From Cladosporium halotolerans (Eukaryota): a stretch of 64,000 nt of DNA. A program made the position numbers and the translations under genes. Location: the NCBI RefSeq assembly GCF_011745625.1, contig NW_027191507.1:1-64000 (forward strand). The letters are read 5' to 3'. Every line of letters starts with the position of its first letter. Positions within the stretch are counted from its first letter, which is position 1. Below the pieces are notes generated by a model, which saw only the letters and a program-made list of their open reading frames with translations, made no database searches and was not told the DNA's origin. Shown here piece after piece: positions 24,501-36,920 of the stretch.

Positions 24501-24968
24501 AGAGGGGATCCCATTCTCGTCCTTGAGTTGCTTCTCTCCTTGGACTATCCGTCTGTAGAGTTTACGAGCGAAGAAGACGAATTGGGCGAGGTGTGCTTGG
24601 CAGGTGCGATCTGTCCGACTTGCAAGATGTTCGCTCAGCATGTACAATTTCACGTCCGTGACCGAGACAAACCCCACACCATCTACATCAAGCTCGATAA
24701 AGACGTAAGGTACCCAATATCCGGCTTCCCTCAGACAATGTCGTGGTTTTGCGAGCAACAGGGCCTATTCGACGCGTTCTCCACGGGTTCCTCGGAACGG
24801 GAGCGTTGTGTCTGCGATCGTTTGCCAGAGCTGCCCAAATTGGATGATCGAAAACGGAGAGCTTCATCCCAACAGCTTACGAGACAAGCCTCCAATCACC
24901 GCAAAGCCAAAAAGGTAAAGTACGACGAGCTCAATCCTGCTCCTGATGTGGGCTGCAGCGGGCAGTGA
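21595..24968 (+). CDS. Patatin-like phospholipase, 5 exons (introns 22619-22673, 23265-23342, 23812-23868, 23896-23962); catalytic motifs intact
   Basis: RING-like CVSCL...HVLECGHILCDQC...CVIC, ILTIDGGGVRG, FDLAFGVSAGG (GxSxG), AKATSAAP, RDGGY (catalytic Asp), LSLGTG, YFRMNP. All splice sites are canonical. Confidence 0.9.
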
Positions 24969-25395
24969 ACAGATTTTGAGAGTCGAAGACCTTTGGGAAC
25001 AACGTCGTCGCTACCGTCAGGTCTAGTCTGGAAAAGGCATTTCCAGTAACGTTAAACTACGTTGTTGAGATCCCGAAGATCTTCAAGAGCTGTATCTACG
25101 TCTAGTATGTGTAAGGATCTGTCTTCATGCTACGGGTATCCCTGTACAGCCCTTTTCCAGGCCCTCGACGCTACTGAAGATAGCGCTCTGACGCCGGTCC
25201 GTCCATCCCTTGCTCAGATCAGCACCCTAAAAAACCCCTCTGATTTAGTTTATATAGTGCTGTACTGAAGCTTTACGTAGCTTCGCTGAACAAATTCGAC
25301 TCATTCCGAGACAAACACCTCCTAAATGCTATCCGCAAGATAACTGATCTACCTGTAAATTTCGTCAACCCTTTGTCTAGATCGCCTTGTCAGCA

Positions 25396-26599
25396 ATGGA
25401 AGCCATACAGATGTTGCGCACCATCTCCCAGGAGTCTTTCACAACAAATCGAGACCGAGTTGAAGCCATAAATTCGTGTCAAGCGCTGCTGACCAGGCTA
25501 CAGGATCCTTTCGAGCGCATCTGGGAAGTCGTGATCGATGTTCCCGCCCTCACCGCTTCCGTCAAGTTGTATCAGGACGTTGGACTGTTCCATTCTTGGA
25601 AGGAGTTAGGTTGCGTGCAACAGAGCTGCCGCGACCTGGCGGAGCTGATCGGCTTCAAGCAAGTCGACGTCCTGAGTGAGTCGTATCGGTTTACAGACTT
25701 ACCGGCGGCGCGCGATTGTTGACCTCTGCAATCTCAGGCCGTATCCTAAAGCATCTCGCCGCACACGCCATCGTCGAAGAAGTTGCCACCGACACCTACA
25801 AGCAGACTCGTCTCTCCGACGCCTTGCTGACATCTGCTGGCGCAGGCATCGACTATTTGTAAGCCTGATCGAACCAGTACAGTATACTCACAGGAAGAAG
25901 TCAGCGGGTCAACCTCAGCATAGTTACGACACATCGGCGAAGCTATACCTCAGCCTTCCAGAATACTTCCGCAGTCACTCCTACGATCCCCCTTCCAGCC
26001 CTCTCGACGGGCTTTTCCCAACGCATCTTCGGTTGTAAAGGACAGACCGCCTTTGAATTTTATGGGGCGTCTGAGCAGCAGTAGAGCTGTTCCGACGAAA
26101 ATATCCCGCACACGGTCAGCAATTGATCCTGCAAGACCTTCCTGACAAAGTGGCACGCGCCACTTGTTCAACAGAGGTCCAGCGTATGGCGCACAACTTC
26201 TTCACAGCCCAGCCCAGTACGGCGCGGGGTGCCCGTGCGTATTATCTGCACAGCATCATCCACGACTGGGACGACATGGACGCGGGGCGGATCTTGGGCC
26301 ACATAAGGGATGCAATGATCCCCGGGTACAGCAAGCTGCTGATCAACGACGTCATGATCCCGGTGCACCAGCCATCCCGCCGTGACACGTCCGTGGACGT
26401 GCACATGATGGTGAAGCTGGGAGGCAGGGAGAGGACGGAGGAGATGCTGCGTGGGCTAATCGAGAAGCTTGGCCTGAAAGTTTGTGGAGTCTGGGGATCT
26501 CGCTCTTCGGAGACGAGCGTCATGGAAGCTGAGCTGCCGTTCCCAGCGTATGAAGCACCAGCTGCAATCGGCGCGGATGGCGCGGGTGTCCTTGCTTGA
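25396..26599 (+). pseudogene. Fungal SAM-dependent O-methyltransferase, frameshifted and lacking the SAM-binding DxGGGxG segment
   Basis: N-terminal RILKHLAA...VEEV...YKQT and C-terminal LILQDLP...MAHNFF...QP...GARAYYLHSIIHDWDD...SKLLIND...GRERT are present. The frame breaks around 26010-26120 and the VDVGGG region is absent. Introns at about 25676-25737 and 25859-25923. Confidence 0.8.
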
Positions 26600-26739
26600 C
26601 GCTTGGTCGCAGCTCAGAGCGGCCAGAGAAAAACACGGTGTGGAGGGTGGGTAGTGGTCCGGGCTCGCTTGAAACTCGCGAGCTCCGCACCTCTCTCACT
26701 TGAGCCTGTGGTCTGCGCATCTCACATCGAGCATTGCGT

Positions 26740-26757
26740 TTAGGGTTAGGGTTGGGG
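26740..26757 (+). repeat. Interstitial telomere-like repeat TTAGGG TTAGGG TTGGGG
   Basis: Read directly. Confidence 0.7.
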
Positions 26758-26949
26758 TTGCGTAATCACTGGTCTCGCCATGACAAGCGTGGCATAGGAG
26801 TTCTCCCACAAGACTAGGGTAGAGCTCGGCGCAGAAGATAGCTTTCACGGTATTTATAGTAGTAACGTTACACAACACTTCCTGTCTGAATAACCACGCT
26901 CCAAAACCACACTTCCTCGCACCATGGCTTTTCAGAAGCCTATCGAAGC

Positions 26950-29871
26950 TTAGCGATGCGAGTGGTCAGGCCCACCTCCTTTCCTACGGCTGCCGGCCGA
27001 AGCGAACGATGACTGGAAACGCGCTTCTTGATCGGGTGGACAGCTCTCTATTGACACTTCGCACGTTTCGTCTAGCCAAGCGCCCTCATCGCTGACTCTA
27101 GTGTGACTCGCTTTGTTTGTCGCATCTTGAACCTCATCTGTGCTGAAACCCAACGGGTCGCGTGGGATCCACACGATCGGTTCGCGATTGTACCCACACG
27201 ACCGCATAGTGTCGCTGATGCTCTCTTCAACTCTCGCGGTTGGCGGAATACCTCGATCGCTCGAGCGCTGGTCGGTCGCAGCGGCGGATCGATATTGACT
27301 AGATGCGCGACGAACTCCGCTGTGACGTTGAGGGGCGAGCGCAGAGCTGCTTATAGCTTGCTCCACATCGAAAGACGTTTGGGACTCGTCTCTGCATGCG
27401 TCGGTGTAGTTCGTACCTCGATCATTCCTCTGGGAGCTGCCATCGTCGTTTGCCTGGTCATGCTCAAACACCGGCAAAAAGTTGATGAGCGACTGGAACG
27501 AACGATTTACGAACATCTGATACGCCACCGTCAAGGCGAGCACTGCGGTCATGGTGGTGCCGTGAGGTACACAGGCGGCTCTACCGTCAGCTCCGGTTGC
27601 CATGAAAAAATGGCCAATCAGGCATAGTTGCATGACGTACAGGCCGGTGAAGAGCTGATTGAACGCCGCCACGAAGAAGCGCCCGGTAGATTCGTGCTCG
27701 TACTGGTAGACGTAGAGGACATTGTAGCGGTGGACAAACCAGTAAAGTGCAAACGCAAACGAGACGAAGACCAGCACCAACGGTGCTATCACACTAAAAG
27801 CAATACCTATCACCGCGATGTTCGTGAGCGGAGGAAAAATCCGCGCCCACTCGATGCGAGAGAGTTCGGCCTGTCTTCTCCACTTCTGACGGGGCGTGAC
27901 GTCCTGGAAACGGCTTACGACCTGTCCAAGCAAGGCCATCGGCTGAAGCAGCGCACTGGCGGTGCCGGATAACGCCTTGACCAAAACGTAGGACATGAAG
28001 TAGTTGGCGGCTCTCGGCAAGGCTTGCGCGAGCTGGCTCGGGACGCTCTTGGGATCACCTGCAGCATTGGCAAGGAAGCCCACCAAGCCGCCAGATATGG
28101 AGACGACGATAAATGTCTAACGCAACACGATCAGCCACGATACACGACACGACCTCGCGAAGCAAAACATGACGTTGGTCGTCACACACTGCCGAGGACC
28201 CCGCTTACCTGCGCGAAAAGGAAGAGGAAATGCCAATTCTGCACACCGAGCTCCCTAGCGCTCCCAGTTGTCGCACCCTGAAAATGCATTACCTGTCTGT
28301 AAGCAGTCGGGACCAAGAGCAAAAGCACCTGGAGCAGGGCTGGGGGCAGAACGCCCTGGATGATGCTTTTGATCGAGCCTGGCCAGTGCAACAACCACGA
28401 AAGCCAGCTGACATTAGACGCCAGGACGTCCAGGTTGGCGAGGAAGGAAGTAAACGCCACAGGGACAGCGTAGAGAAAGATCAGGCTCGTGCTCACGAAC
28501 AGACCGATGCTCACGCGGATCCAGCGCTGCCGCCAGCTCAAAGCCAGGTTGCCCCAGATGACGTCCGTCGGGTCCACCTCCAGGATACGAGGCGTCATGC
28601 GATGCGGCGTACCATGCAAGACGGACTGGCAGGCCATGTGAGCTGCGACCTGACGGTTGAACTGGACGAATGCATTGTTCAGAGGCGCACAAGTTCCTGA
28701 ACGCGCGCGGGCCGACACGATCTGTCGATTTAGCGCGTGTAACGTCTCTTGGAGTTGATGGATCAGGTCGACCTTCTTGCCGAAAAAAGGCACACTGGGA
28801 AGCCACGGCCGAATGACAAGAGGCAGACGAACGGTCTCGCGATTTGCGCTTGGCACGGTCTGCGGCCAAGCGCCTGATTTGCAGCCCTTCCCTTTCCGGC
28901 AGATCGCGGCGAGCGCACCTCCGCCGCATTGAAACAAGCTGCTCGACCCTTTGTTGCCTTGCGCAGCCGCGACATTGGAAACGCGTGCGGCGATCAGCTT
29001 TGTCTGCGCCGTCTCCAACGCGGTGATGAGCTTTTCGCGCGCCGCCAATTCCGCAGTCAGACTCCTGTCACTCCTGTTGACGTAGACGTCCCTGACGCCA
29101 CCCGGAAACACGTCAAACATATCTCTGAGCTTGTCCTCCGCAAGGAAAGCCTTGGGTATGTTGCCAACCAGTATAGTGGTGGCCCGCGATTGCGACCGGT
29201 AGTGCAGACACCTTGCGTACTCTTGTCTGGCCTCGACAAACGCAAGGGCTTCGCGATGCACTACATAGCACACCCATCCGACGACAACGACACCCAAAGC
29301 CCAGTGCGTCCAGAGCTTGCTGGCCACCTGCCCCGGCGCGATGTGTGAGACGGCGAAGACGTCCAGAACGGATGCCCGCGCATGTTCCCCCGAGAGTCGG
29401 TTGACCGGGGCCAGCACTGGAGTCACGATCAGGGTGATGGGAAGGAAAATCCAGAGCATCATACGCAGGTAGCGAACAAAGAGAAGGGCGTCAAAGCCGC
29501 ATTTCTGGAGGATTGTGTCGTCGGATGTCGACCACACAGGCTTCACCCAAGCAATCAACCCTTCTGGTGATCGGGAAGTGCATTGATCTTCAGGTAACAA
29601 GTAAGTCCGGGGTCGGCTGTTGTTTCGCGGGAACGCTCAGCGGTGGATCGGATCGCGACGGGTTCTCACTGACCTACTAGATTCTAGCGATCCGCGGACG
29701 GATGACGAGGAAGATTACAGTCTGCGTGACGTGCAAGATCAACGCGTACGCGACACCGGCAAGCAAAGCTTTCCAAGTGAGGCCCTCGCTTTCCAAGGCT
29801 GTGCCGGAATTTGATGACAAAACGTCGTTTGCCGAGGGAGCGTCCAATGCTCGCGGAGTAGACAAATTCAT
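26950..29871 (-). CDS. OSCA/TMEM63 (CSC1/RSN1/PHM7, DUF221) mechanosensitive cation channel; introns 29617-29677 and 28117-28208
   Basis: IYRPRTYL, CGFDALLFVRYLRM, TTILVGNIP, NAFVQFNRQVAAH, PTDVIWGNL, LAQALPRAANYFMSYV, FSVIAPLVL, YNVLYVY...ESTGRFF, QLFTGLYVMQLCLIG, PIVWIPRDPLGFS. Confidence 0.92.
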
Positions 29872-30442
29872 TGCGTTGAGGGCATTCACAGGATTCGCTC
29901 GGAGCTGAGGGATGATAGTGGAATGACGGTGCTGCCACAAGGGTAGCGGAGATTAAAGCGCGCAAGCAAAGCAGGCACGGGACGGCCGGAGAGGTGGAGT
30001 GCGTTCTGGGCGCAGGCGACACAGCTCTCAGGGCTGGCAGATATAGGAAGTTTCAGGTCGCATGAGTGATCCAAAGCGCAATTGGCATCCGGCAAAAGCA
30101 ATGACACAGTAAAGCTCCCTGACCCTGCTATCACGGGATTAGGGACCCCTGCCTCAACTTGCAAGATATCATCTGCTGACGACAAAGACACCAGAATAGC
30201 ATCATGCATCCAGAAAGCAACCATAGTGCTACTGTAATCTGGATGGTGCATTGCCTCTTTCCATCGAGGTGTGGGGACAACCTAGAAGACCAAACCGCTG
30301 TGCATGTTTCATGTTCGATATTCCGCGAGCGAAAGGGGGCCGATGTTCTTGCTCGAAGCCGTGTCCACGAACTCTGCTGGAATGGCGAGAGACGGCCTGA
30401 AACGAGGTCGTCTGATTAAATAGGCCGTGCAAGTCCTCAAGC

Positions 30443-31208
30443 ATGCTTGCCTCCTCTCGGATGGACGTGTGGAATAGCCATCAATTTAGCGGGAGAGCTT
30501 GTGAGGTGTCGAAAACAAACATGGAACCTCCATCAAGAAGGATGACGCATCCTGCGCTCGTACAATCGACTCACTGCGACGAAGGATGTCCCGAAATAGC
30601 TTGTCCTGACCCTCCGGCTCCGAAAGGATCACAAGCAAAAAGTAAACTTCTCCAGAAGAGTAAGCGCACATGCCCGCGATCTGCCGTTTGATGTTACGAT
30701 CGTTGACTGGACCCAGGGCACAGGCAGCTCCAGAATATCGACGTCGGTCGAGCCGTCAAGCGTCCTAGAGCTGACAGTTCAACGTTGCCCCGGCCGCCTA
30801 CGCCGTTTCCTTGGGAAGCTAGGAGCCAAATCTCGCCCTCAGCCACGAACAGCACCGGCCTTGTTGGCCGCAACAGCAACACCTACAACCACGCAAAGCA
30901 GCCCTGCCTCATCGGCGCTAGATTCGGACTGCTCGTCAGACCAGGATCTGCCACCGTTCCAGCTATCACAAGTCGTGGAAGCCGCAACTTGCCTGCACGA
31001 GAACATAGCGGCGTTGAATTCAAGGAGCAATGCGCCCACTGCGGAGGAGGTGGCAGACCTCGTCATCATGCCGTGCCAAAGGATCATTTGCGAGCTTCAA
31101 GTCGCGATCGAAACGTATCCTGCACGCATCAAGCGCGCCGAAGCACGCACGAGGAGGCAGGTGGGAGCCGAGATCATGGCTATGTTACATGTTCCGGAGC
31201 GGCAGTGA
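30443..31208 (+). CDS. Possible hypothetical gene (intron at about 30660-30716; frame uncertain)
   Basis: A GTAAGC...TTGAC...CAG intron-like segment links small ORFs, and ORF 30861-31208 has a helical C-terminal part. No family recognised. Confidence 0.3.
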
Positions 31209-34200
31209 TGGGTCGGGGCTTTTCGTAATTTCCTGGGATCGTAGCTGGAAGTTATCTGTGGCAGACCTGGGCGCAACCTGTAACTTAGGATAGTTTTTTA
31301 ATGCCATGACCATGCCGATGCGCAATTTGCTATCATATGCCGTATGCGGGAAACTCTGCTCCTTCCCCAAGCCAGCCCATGCCCTAAAGGTGCCATACAC
31401 TCAAGGGAAGCGCGGTGCGTATAACGTTTTTTTTTTGTTTTTTTTTTTTGTTTTTTTGTTTTTTTGGAGACTTCGCCGAGCCGATCGATATAGCCTCGCA
31501 ACATTCTTGCTGTTTCCAATCACCCTTCCCTGTGCACTCCGCTCTGGTCACTCTCTTGGCGCCGCCCTCAATTGCCATTTGTCCGCTTGCTGGCCCCACA
31601 CTTACAGGCAAGGTCTCTTATACCGTTCAAGATGTTCGAACCGGCGTTTCTGTGAGACCGTGCTTGCATGTGTGCGAGCACGATTCACACGTGCGGCTTT
31701 CGTGCGGCTTTCGTGCGTGGCTTGCTTGGAACTGAAGCTACGGGCTCTCAGTACTGCAATCGGAAAGTTGATTGACTGATTAGCAACGAGTGAATGAGTT
31801 GAGTCTCGGTTTCGGTGGTTTTGCGTCGCGCGCGCGGCTGCGTGAACAAGGTTTTGGGGTCAAATATCGCGGACCAGGCAGCTGACGAGTCAGTAAATTT
31901 ACAGTACAGTACAACTCCCGGCCACGACCATTGCAATACGGAGCCCGGCCCGCTGTTCACCGGAAGGCGGTGTTGCTCCCAGCACCTTCGTCAGACCGTG
32001 CGCAAGCCCTCAATCAATCTGGCGGCTATGGATAGGGTCTTTGAGCGTGACGTGCCGAGCCGGGGCTTCGTGGGCATACCGAAGGTCCTCCTGCATTGCG
32101 CCATTGCCTATCATCCAGCGGCCGCATGCTCACGAGGCTAAGATTAAGCTGCCGCAGAAATTCTGCACAGCGCTTACTAAGGCGGGTCCACTACTGCAGT
32201 GCACCCTGGTTGATCACTAGTCATCGAATCATGCGGGGAAGTGATTGTGCCACGGGCGCGCCCTCAATTTCTCCCTTCATCGGTGTTGACTCGATGCTTT
32301 GTCCCCTGCCCGGGATAAAGAGATGGTACGAGACTGGTGAACGTTCTCGCTAATGCGATTGAGGGCATGCAATCAAGATTTAGGTCCTTGTGTATCTGGA
32401 AATCAGCACGCAAGGGGGTTCGTGCAGCGAAAATGGACTTTTTTTTCTCAGACAAGAAATGGCAGCACACAGGCTAGCTGGGGCAGACGAGCCACGGTTG
32501 ATAACCGCCCAGGGCCAACATCTTGAGCACAGAGATGGTCAACGAAGGGTAAAGCAGCGTTTGTCTACCTTCATGTTGCATCCAATGGCTAGCGGATTAG
32601 AGGGCTTCGTTGGTCATCAAACCTAGCGGTAACGGCGACCATTACCCAAGCAACTTGCACACCGTGCGGGAAGGCGGGCATCGAAAGGCGCACACACGTG
32701 TTCTGTAGCCTTACGACATGACCTGTGTCGAGCAAAGCGCACCCACCTCTAACGAATCTCGATTCTTGTACAACCCGAACAATAGACTTCCTTGTTGGCC
32801 GCGCAGAAGGGACATTGCTCTCTCATCCGTGGTGAGCGAGCGTCCAAATGAAGGCACCAAATGAGTCCTTGACCGTGGCGTAGCCCCCCTAGCGCCGTCG
32901 TGCACACATCTGTGCTCTCGATATGCACAAGTCATCGACTCGGCTGCAAAGCGGCGCAGAATCGCTGACTTGGGGGAATCGTCTGTCACATGACTATCGC
33001 ATCATGCGGCGACGCGAACCCTTTGCGCGCCTGCAGAATTGGAGGAATGATAAGTGGCAACTCTAGCGAGACAGGGCTCCATCGCGACCGCGACCTAGCC
33101 CTCGTGCAGGGAGCCAGACCGCAGACTAGACTGTGCAAGGAATGTTGCCCCGAGGTGGGCCAGCCATGGATCTAGTGAAAGACAGGGAACTTGTACAGCT
33201 GATTTAGCGTCGGCGCGATGTCCCACAGAATTTGGGATTGACATGCCGTGCGGACAATACAGCATTCGATATTCGATGGCGGGGTAGAACGGTGGCAGGC
33301 GAGAGAGGAGAGTGGAGCGCCCCCTCACCCGCCGCTAAAGCCGGCGCAGGTTTACGGCATGGAGCGCCACGGCCGTGCGGACATGCTAGCTGATGTGGTA
33401 TGATGATCATGCACCTTTGTGGAGCTGTAGAGGTACAGGGTCAACGGCCTGCCCGACTTTGACGCGACGATCGATTGCGCGATGCGGACATTTCTCGGAG
33501 GGCTTCAGAGGACCCCGGAGGACTTAAACCCTTACAGGTAAGCTTATCGAATACTACGATTGGAACTGATGTGGCACTCTAGGGTTCTGGAGGTCGAGGC
33601 TTCTTCTTCAGCCACGCATCGATATCGTACTAGGCATCAGCGGTTTATCGCTATGTCGTTGGAGCGCGCAACGGCGTCTTCACGCCCCTGTCCGATTGTG
33701 ACGGTGTTAAGCTTGCGAGTTCCTGGCAAAATGCTGCTTGCTAGTGCCTCCTTCGCCTGTGATTGACGCACGCCCGATATCGCCAACCGACTTGGGATCC
33801 ATGACACTTTACGCAAGGACGACCTCTGCGTTCGTGTCCCGGCCGATGATTAACGCGGCGTGCATTTACGCGCGTCTATCGGAAGGAACGCATGATTCAC
33901 GGCACGACTGCAATGGACCATCTTCATGCTAAAGCACCTATCTGCGACCGAGCAAAATTGATTCTACGAAAATTTTTCTTCCTCAGACGGCTCCAGGCAC
34001 CTCGTGAAAGACAGATCTTGACTCGACGGGGCCCATAGGCGTGCAGGCAGCCGTCGGAAGACTGTCGCTCTTACGTCCCTGCAATCTCCACGGATTATTA
34101 TCCCGCAAACGCTCGACTTCCGTGGTGGCCCGGCGATCGCGCGCGCGTCCAGTCTCTTGCTGGCGACAAATTGCGGTAATCCACATGGCGGGACGAAATC

Positions 34201-35291
34201 CCTGGCGCCTAGTATCCTAAGCGACTGCCTATTGCGGGTTTGTTTCGCCAAAGCCCTACCAACATTCACACACCGGTTGATTATCTACATTAGTCTGCGG
34301 AGAGAGACTTCCAAGCACGCGAGTCAAGCAAGCGCCGACCGGTCGCGAATTTTGCAAGCTCCGGCTGAGTCCCCCTGCTTTGCCCAGTCTGTCCGCCTTC
34401 CATACTATGCCCATTCCAAAGCACAAGCTATCGCTGTCGGCGCCGCATGCACTGAGATCCTTCAACAAGTGCCCTTCTGGTTCGCATCTTCATGGCGACT
34501 GGTGCGGTAAGGGAGTTGCGCGCGGTAGCGGGCAACGGCCCGGGCTGGCCAATGAAATAATTGTCTTGCCAACAGATAGACTAAATCAAGGTTCGCCGGC
34601 GGGAAACCATACTTTTACCGAACCGACATCCCATGTCGGTACCCACCTGCCGAACTTTAGAGGAATCCTACACCCAGCCCTTAGCGCGAGGGGGGACAAG
34701 GTAGCTCTGAACCCTGCCCTGCAGGAACCCTGCTCCCTGTACTTAGCGTCTGGTCAGGTTCCAACGTCACTTCTGCTCACGGGTATGGCGCGACTGTGTA
34801 CCCGTGGACGAAGAAACGAAGGTGGCGTTGTCGCTCGGCTTCGAGCGTCGACCGGACAGAAGAAGCACGCATGACGCTTCGTTGGTCTCACAGTCGGTTC
34901 CTACCCTCCACTCACTCGGATCCCGGCGACCAGGTGACGCACGCAGGTTTCCCAAAGACAGGTGCTTTTCGTTGGGCGCTCATTATCGCTTGCGAGGCAA
35001 GCGTGCCGTCGCGATGGTACCCGCCGACACATTAGCACCTCGCGTAAGACATATTCCGCTCCCTAGCACAATCACGCCGCAAAAGAGCTGTCTCGATACC
35101 TACGGTGCAATGGCCGTGTAATCCAGGCTCACACTTGCGGGTCTCAAACGGGCAGGTCTGCAAGAATGCCGGTCTGGAAGGCAATCGCAGGTTTGCCGCT
35201 CAGGAAGGCGGTATAAAGGCAATGTCAAGTACGAAGCCTGCTGCCTCTCCCGATTTCTCCAGGCTTCCGACCCACATCTTCAAGCAAAGCC

Positions 35292-36399
35292 ATGTCTGAC
35301 AGCATGGACACGTCCCACGTGGACCCTCGTTTCCTCACCACTACGAGCGCGCAATCTTCGATTGCTTCGGCCAATCTTACTTACGGCTCCGGTAGCAGTA
35401 GCGCGGAGCCTGGCACCGTCTATGGCTCGGAGTCTGACTTAGCCTTTGATGACTCCACGCACGGGAATCGGCAATCCGCGGCTCAAGGGCAATTCTATCT
35501 GCAAGAGGACCTACAAGGCCAGCAGCAAGCGCAACAGCACAACCGGCAACTCGACGATGGAGCGCCCAATTCCCCGCCTGGTTATTCGACAGCCAATGCC
35601 TTTGGTCCTATCGCGCCAGGGCTTCCGCTTGGGCCTTCCTGGAATCAGGATTTTGGCCATCGTCTCGATCCAATTCCACAAGACGTCTCGCATTGGTGGG
35701 CAGCCGCCGCTGGAGGAAACCACGTCGAGCACTGCCGTGATACTGACTGGTCGACGTCGTCGGCCCCAATGGACGCCTTCAACAGACGTTCTGACCGCAC
35801 CATTGGGAGGCAGTAAGTCACGAGAGGACCTGGTCAACCTCTTCGTGCTAATTTTGGCCACAGATCGTCATCCGATCCGCGACTCGGACCGCAACGAAGC
35901 GGCAACGTGGCTCACGAGCAGCTCCGTAGCGCAGTCAGAAGGAGCAAAGCAGAACGGTCGTCCAAGCAGTGCAGTGAAGCACCTGATGGAAGTCTTTCGA
36001 GTGCCAGGAGGCAGCTCTCCGAGGAAATAGCATGGACGAAATCGGAAAAAGAGTGCTACGCTATTTTCGAGAAGAATCACAATCGCGGAAAATATCACAA
36101 AGCTCCGGAAGCAGTGTGTCACATCAAATTGCTGAATCAACCATGGATCACGCACTGACCGGCCGCAGATGGTGAAAATGGGCTTCCCGGAAAGGTTCCC
36201 CGAGGAGTACAAGAAACGATCTCGTGCGAAGCGACGCCTGCCGGAAAGAGACGGCCACGTGCACAGACCCGTTCGATCATCGAATGAACTGGGGCGATCG
36301 GATATGAGTGAACGACAGGACGAGAACGCGATGTCGGGACCGCCGCAATGCGATCGCGTTGCTGCGACGTCGTGTGATGGTCAATACGAGGGATCATAG
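35292..36399 (+). CDS. Hypothetical protein with a possible Myb/SANT-like domain; introns 35813-35863 and 36114-36168
   Basis: Canonical introns join three ORFs in frame. The spliced AWTKSEKECYAIFEKNHNRGKYHKAPEAMVKMGFPERFPEEYKKR loosely fits WTxEE...GxW...FPxR. The gene is more certain than the domain call. Confidence 0.55.
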
Positions 36400-36920
36400 C
36401 GCCCATTCGACTGTGCGAAAAATGCTAAAGTTCGGTGAGAAACGCCACTGAGGAGCTTTACGCTTCGCTCTGGAGATAGAGATTTGGCCGCTGGACAAGA
36501 GTTTTCGTTGCACCGTATGTTCTTGTACATAGATGTTCGGATAAGCAATTCCAAGAATGAGCCACGATATTCCCTCAGTACCTCCGGGCGGAAGATCTAG
36601 CCTGGTCTTGTGTGGTGTGTACTGGACGCTTCTACCGAGACGGCGCGGTTGTCAACACCACACGGCATCTGTCAAGCTGCAGTTCCCAAGCGAGGCTGAC
36701 CTCGTCTAGGGGATCAGACGAGCCATAGATCCCAACAAGCAGGTAGCGCGAAACCCATTCTCAACCAGTATGCCCCCCCGCGTGACATAAAAGCAGGCGA
36801 CAGGCCCTGCCGCGGCGAGCTCGGGCGGGCCTGTGACGACCGGGTATTAAAAGCGTCTCTGCAGACAGGACGCTCGTCGCCGTCGTACAGCGCATTTCAA
36901 ATATACACAACACCGCAGAA

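Noticed and set aside
31300..35200. Long gene-poor stretch with poly(T) tracts and short ORFs
   Set aside because: No convincing coding signal, RNA gene or repeat structure was seen; some ORFs arise from homopolymers.
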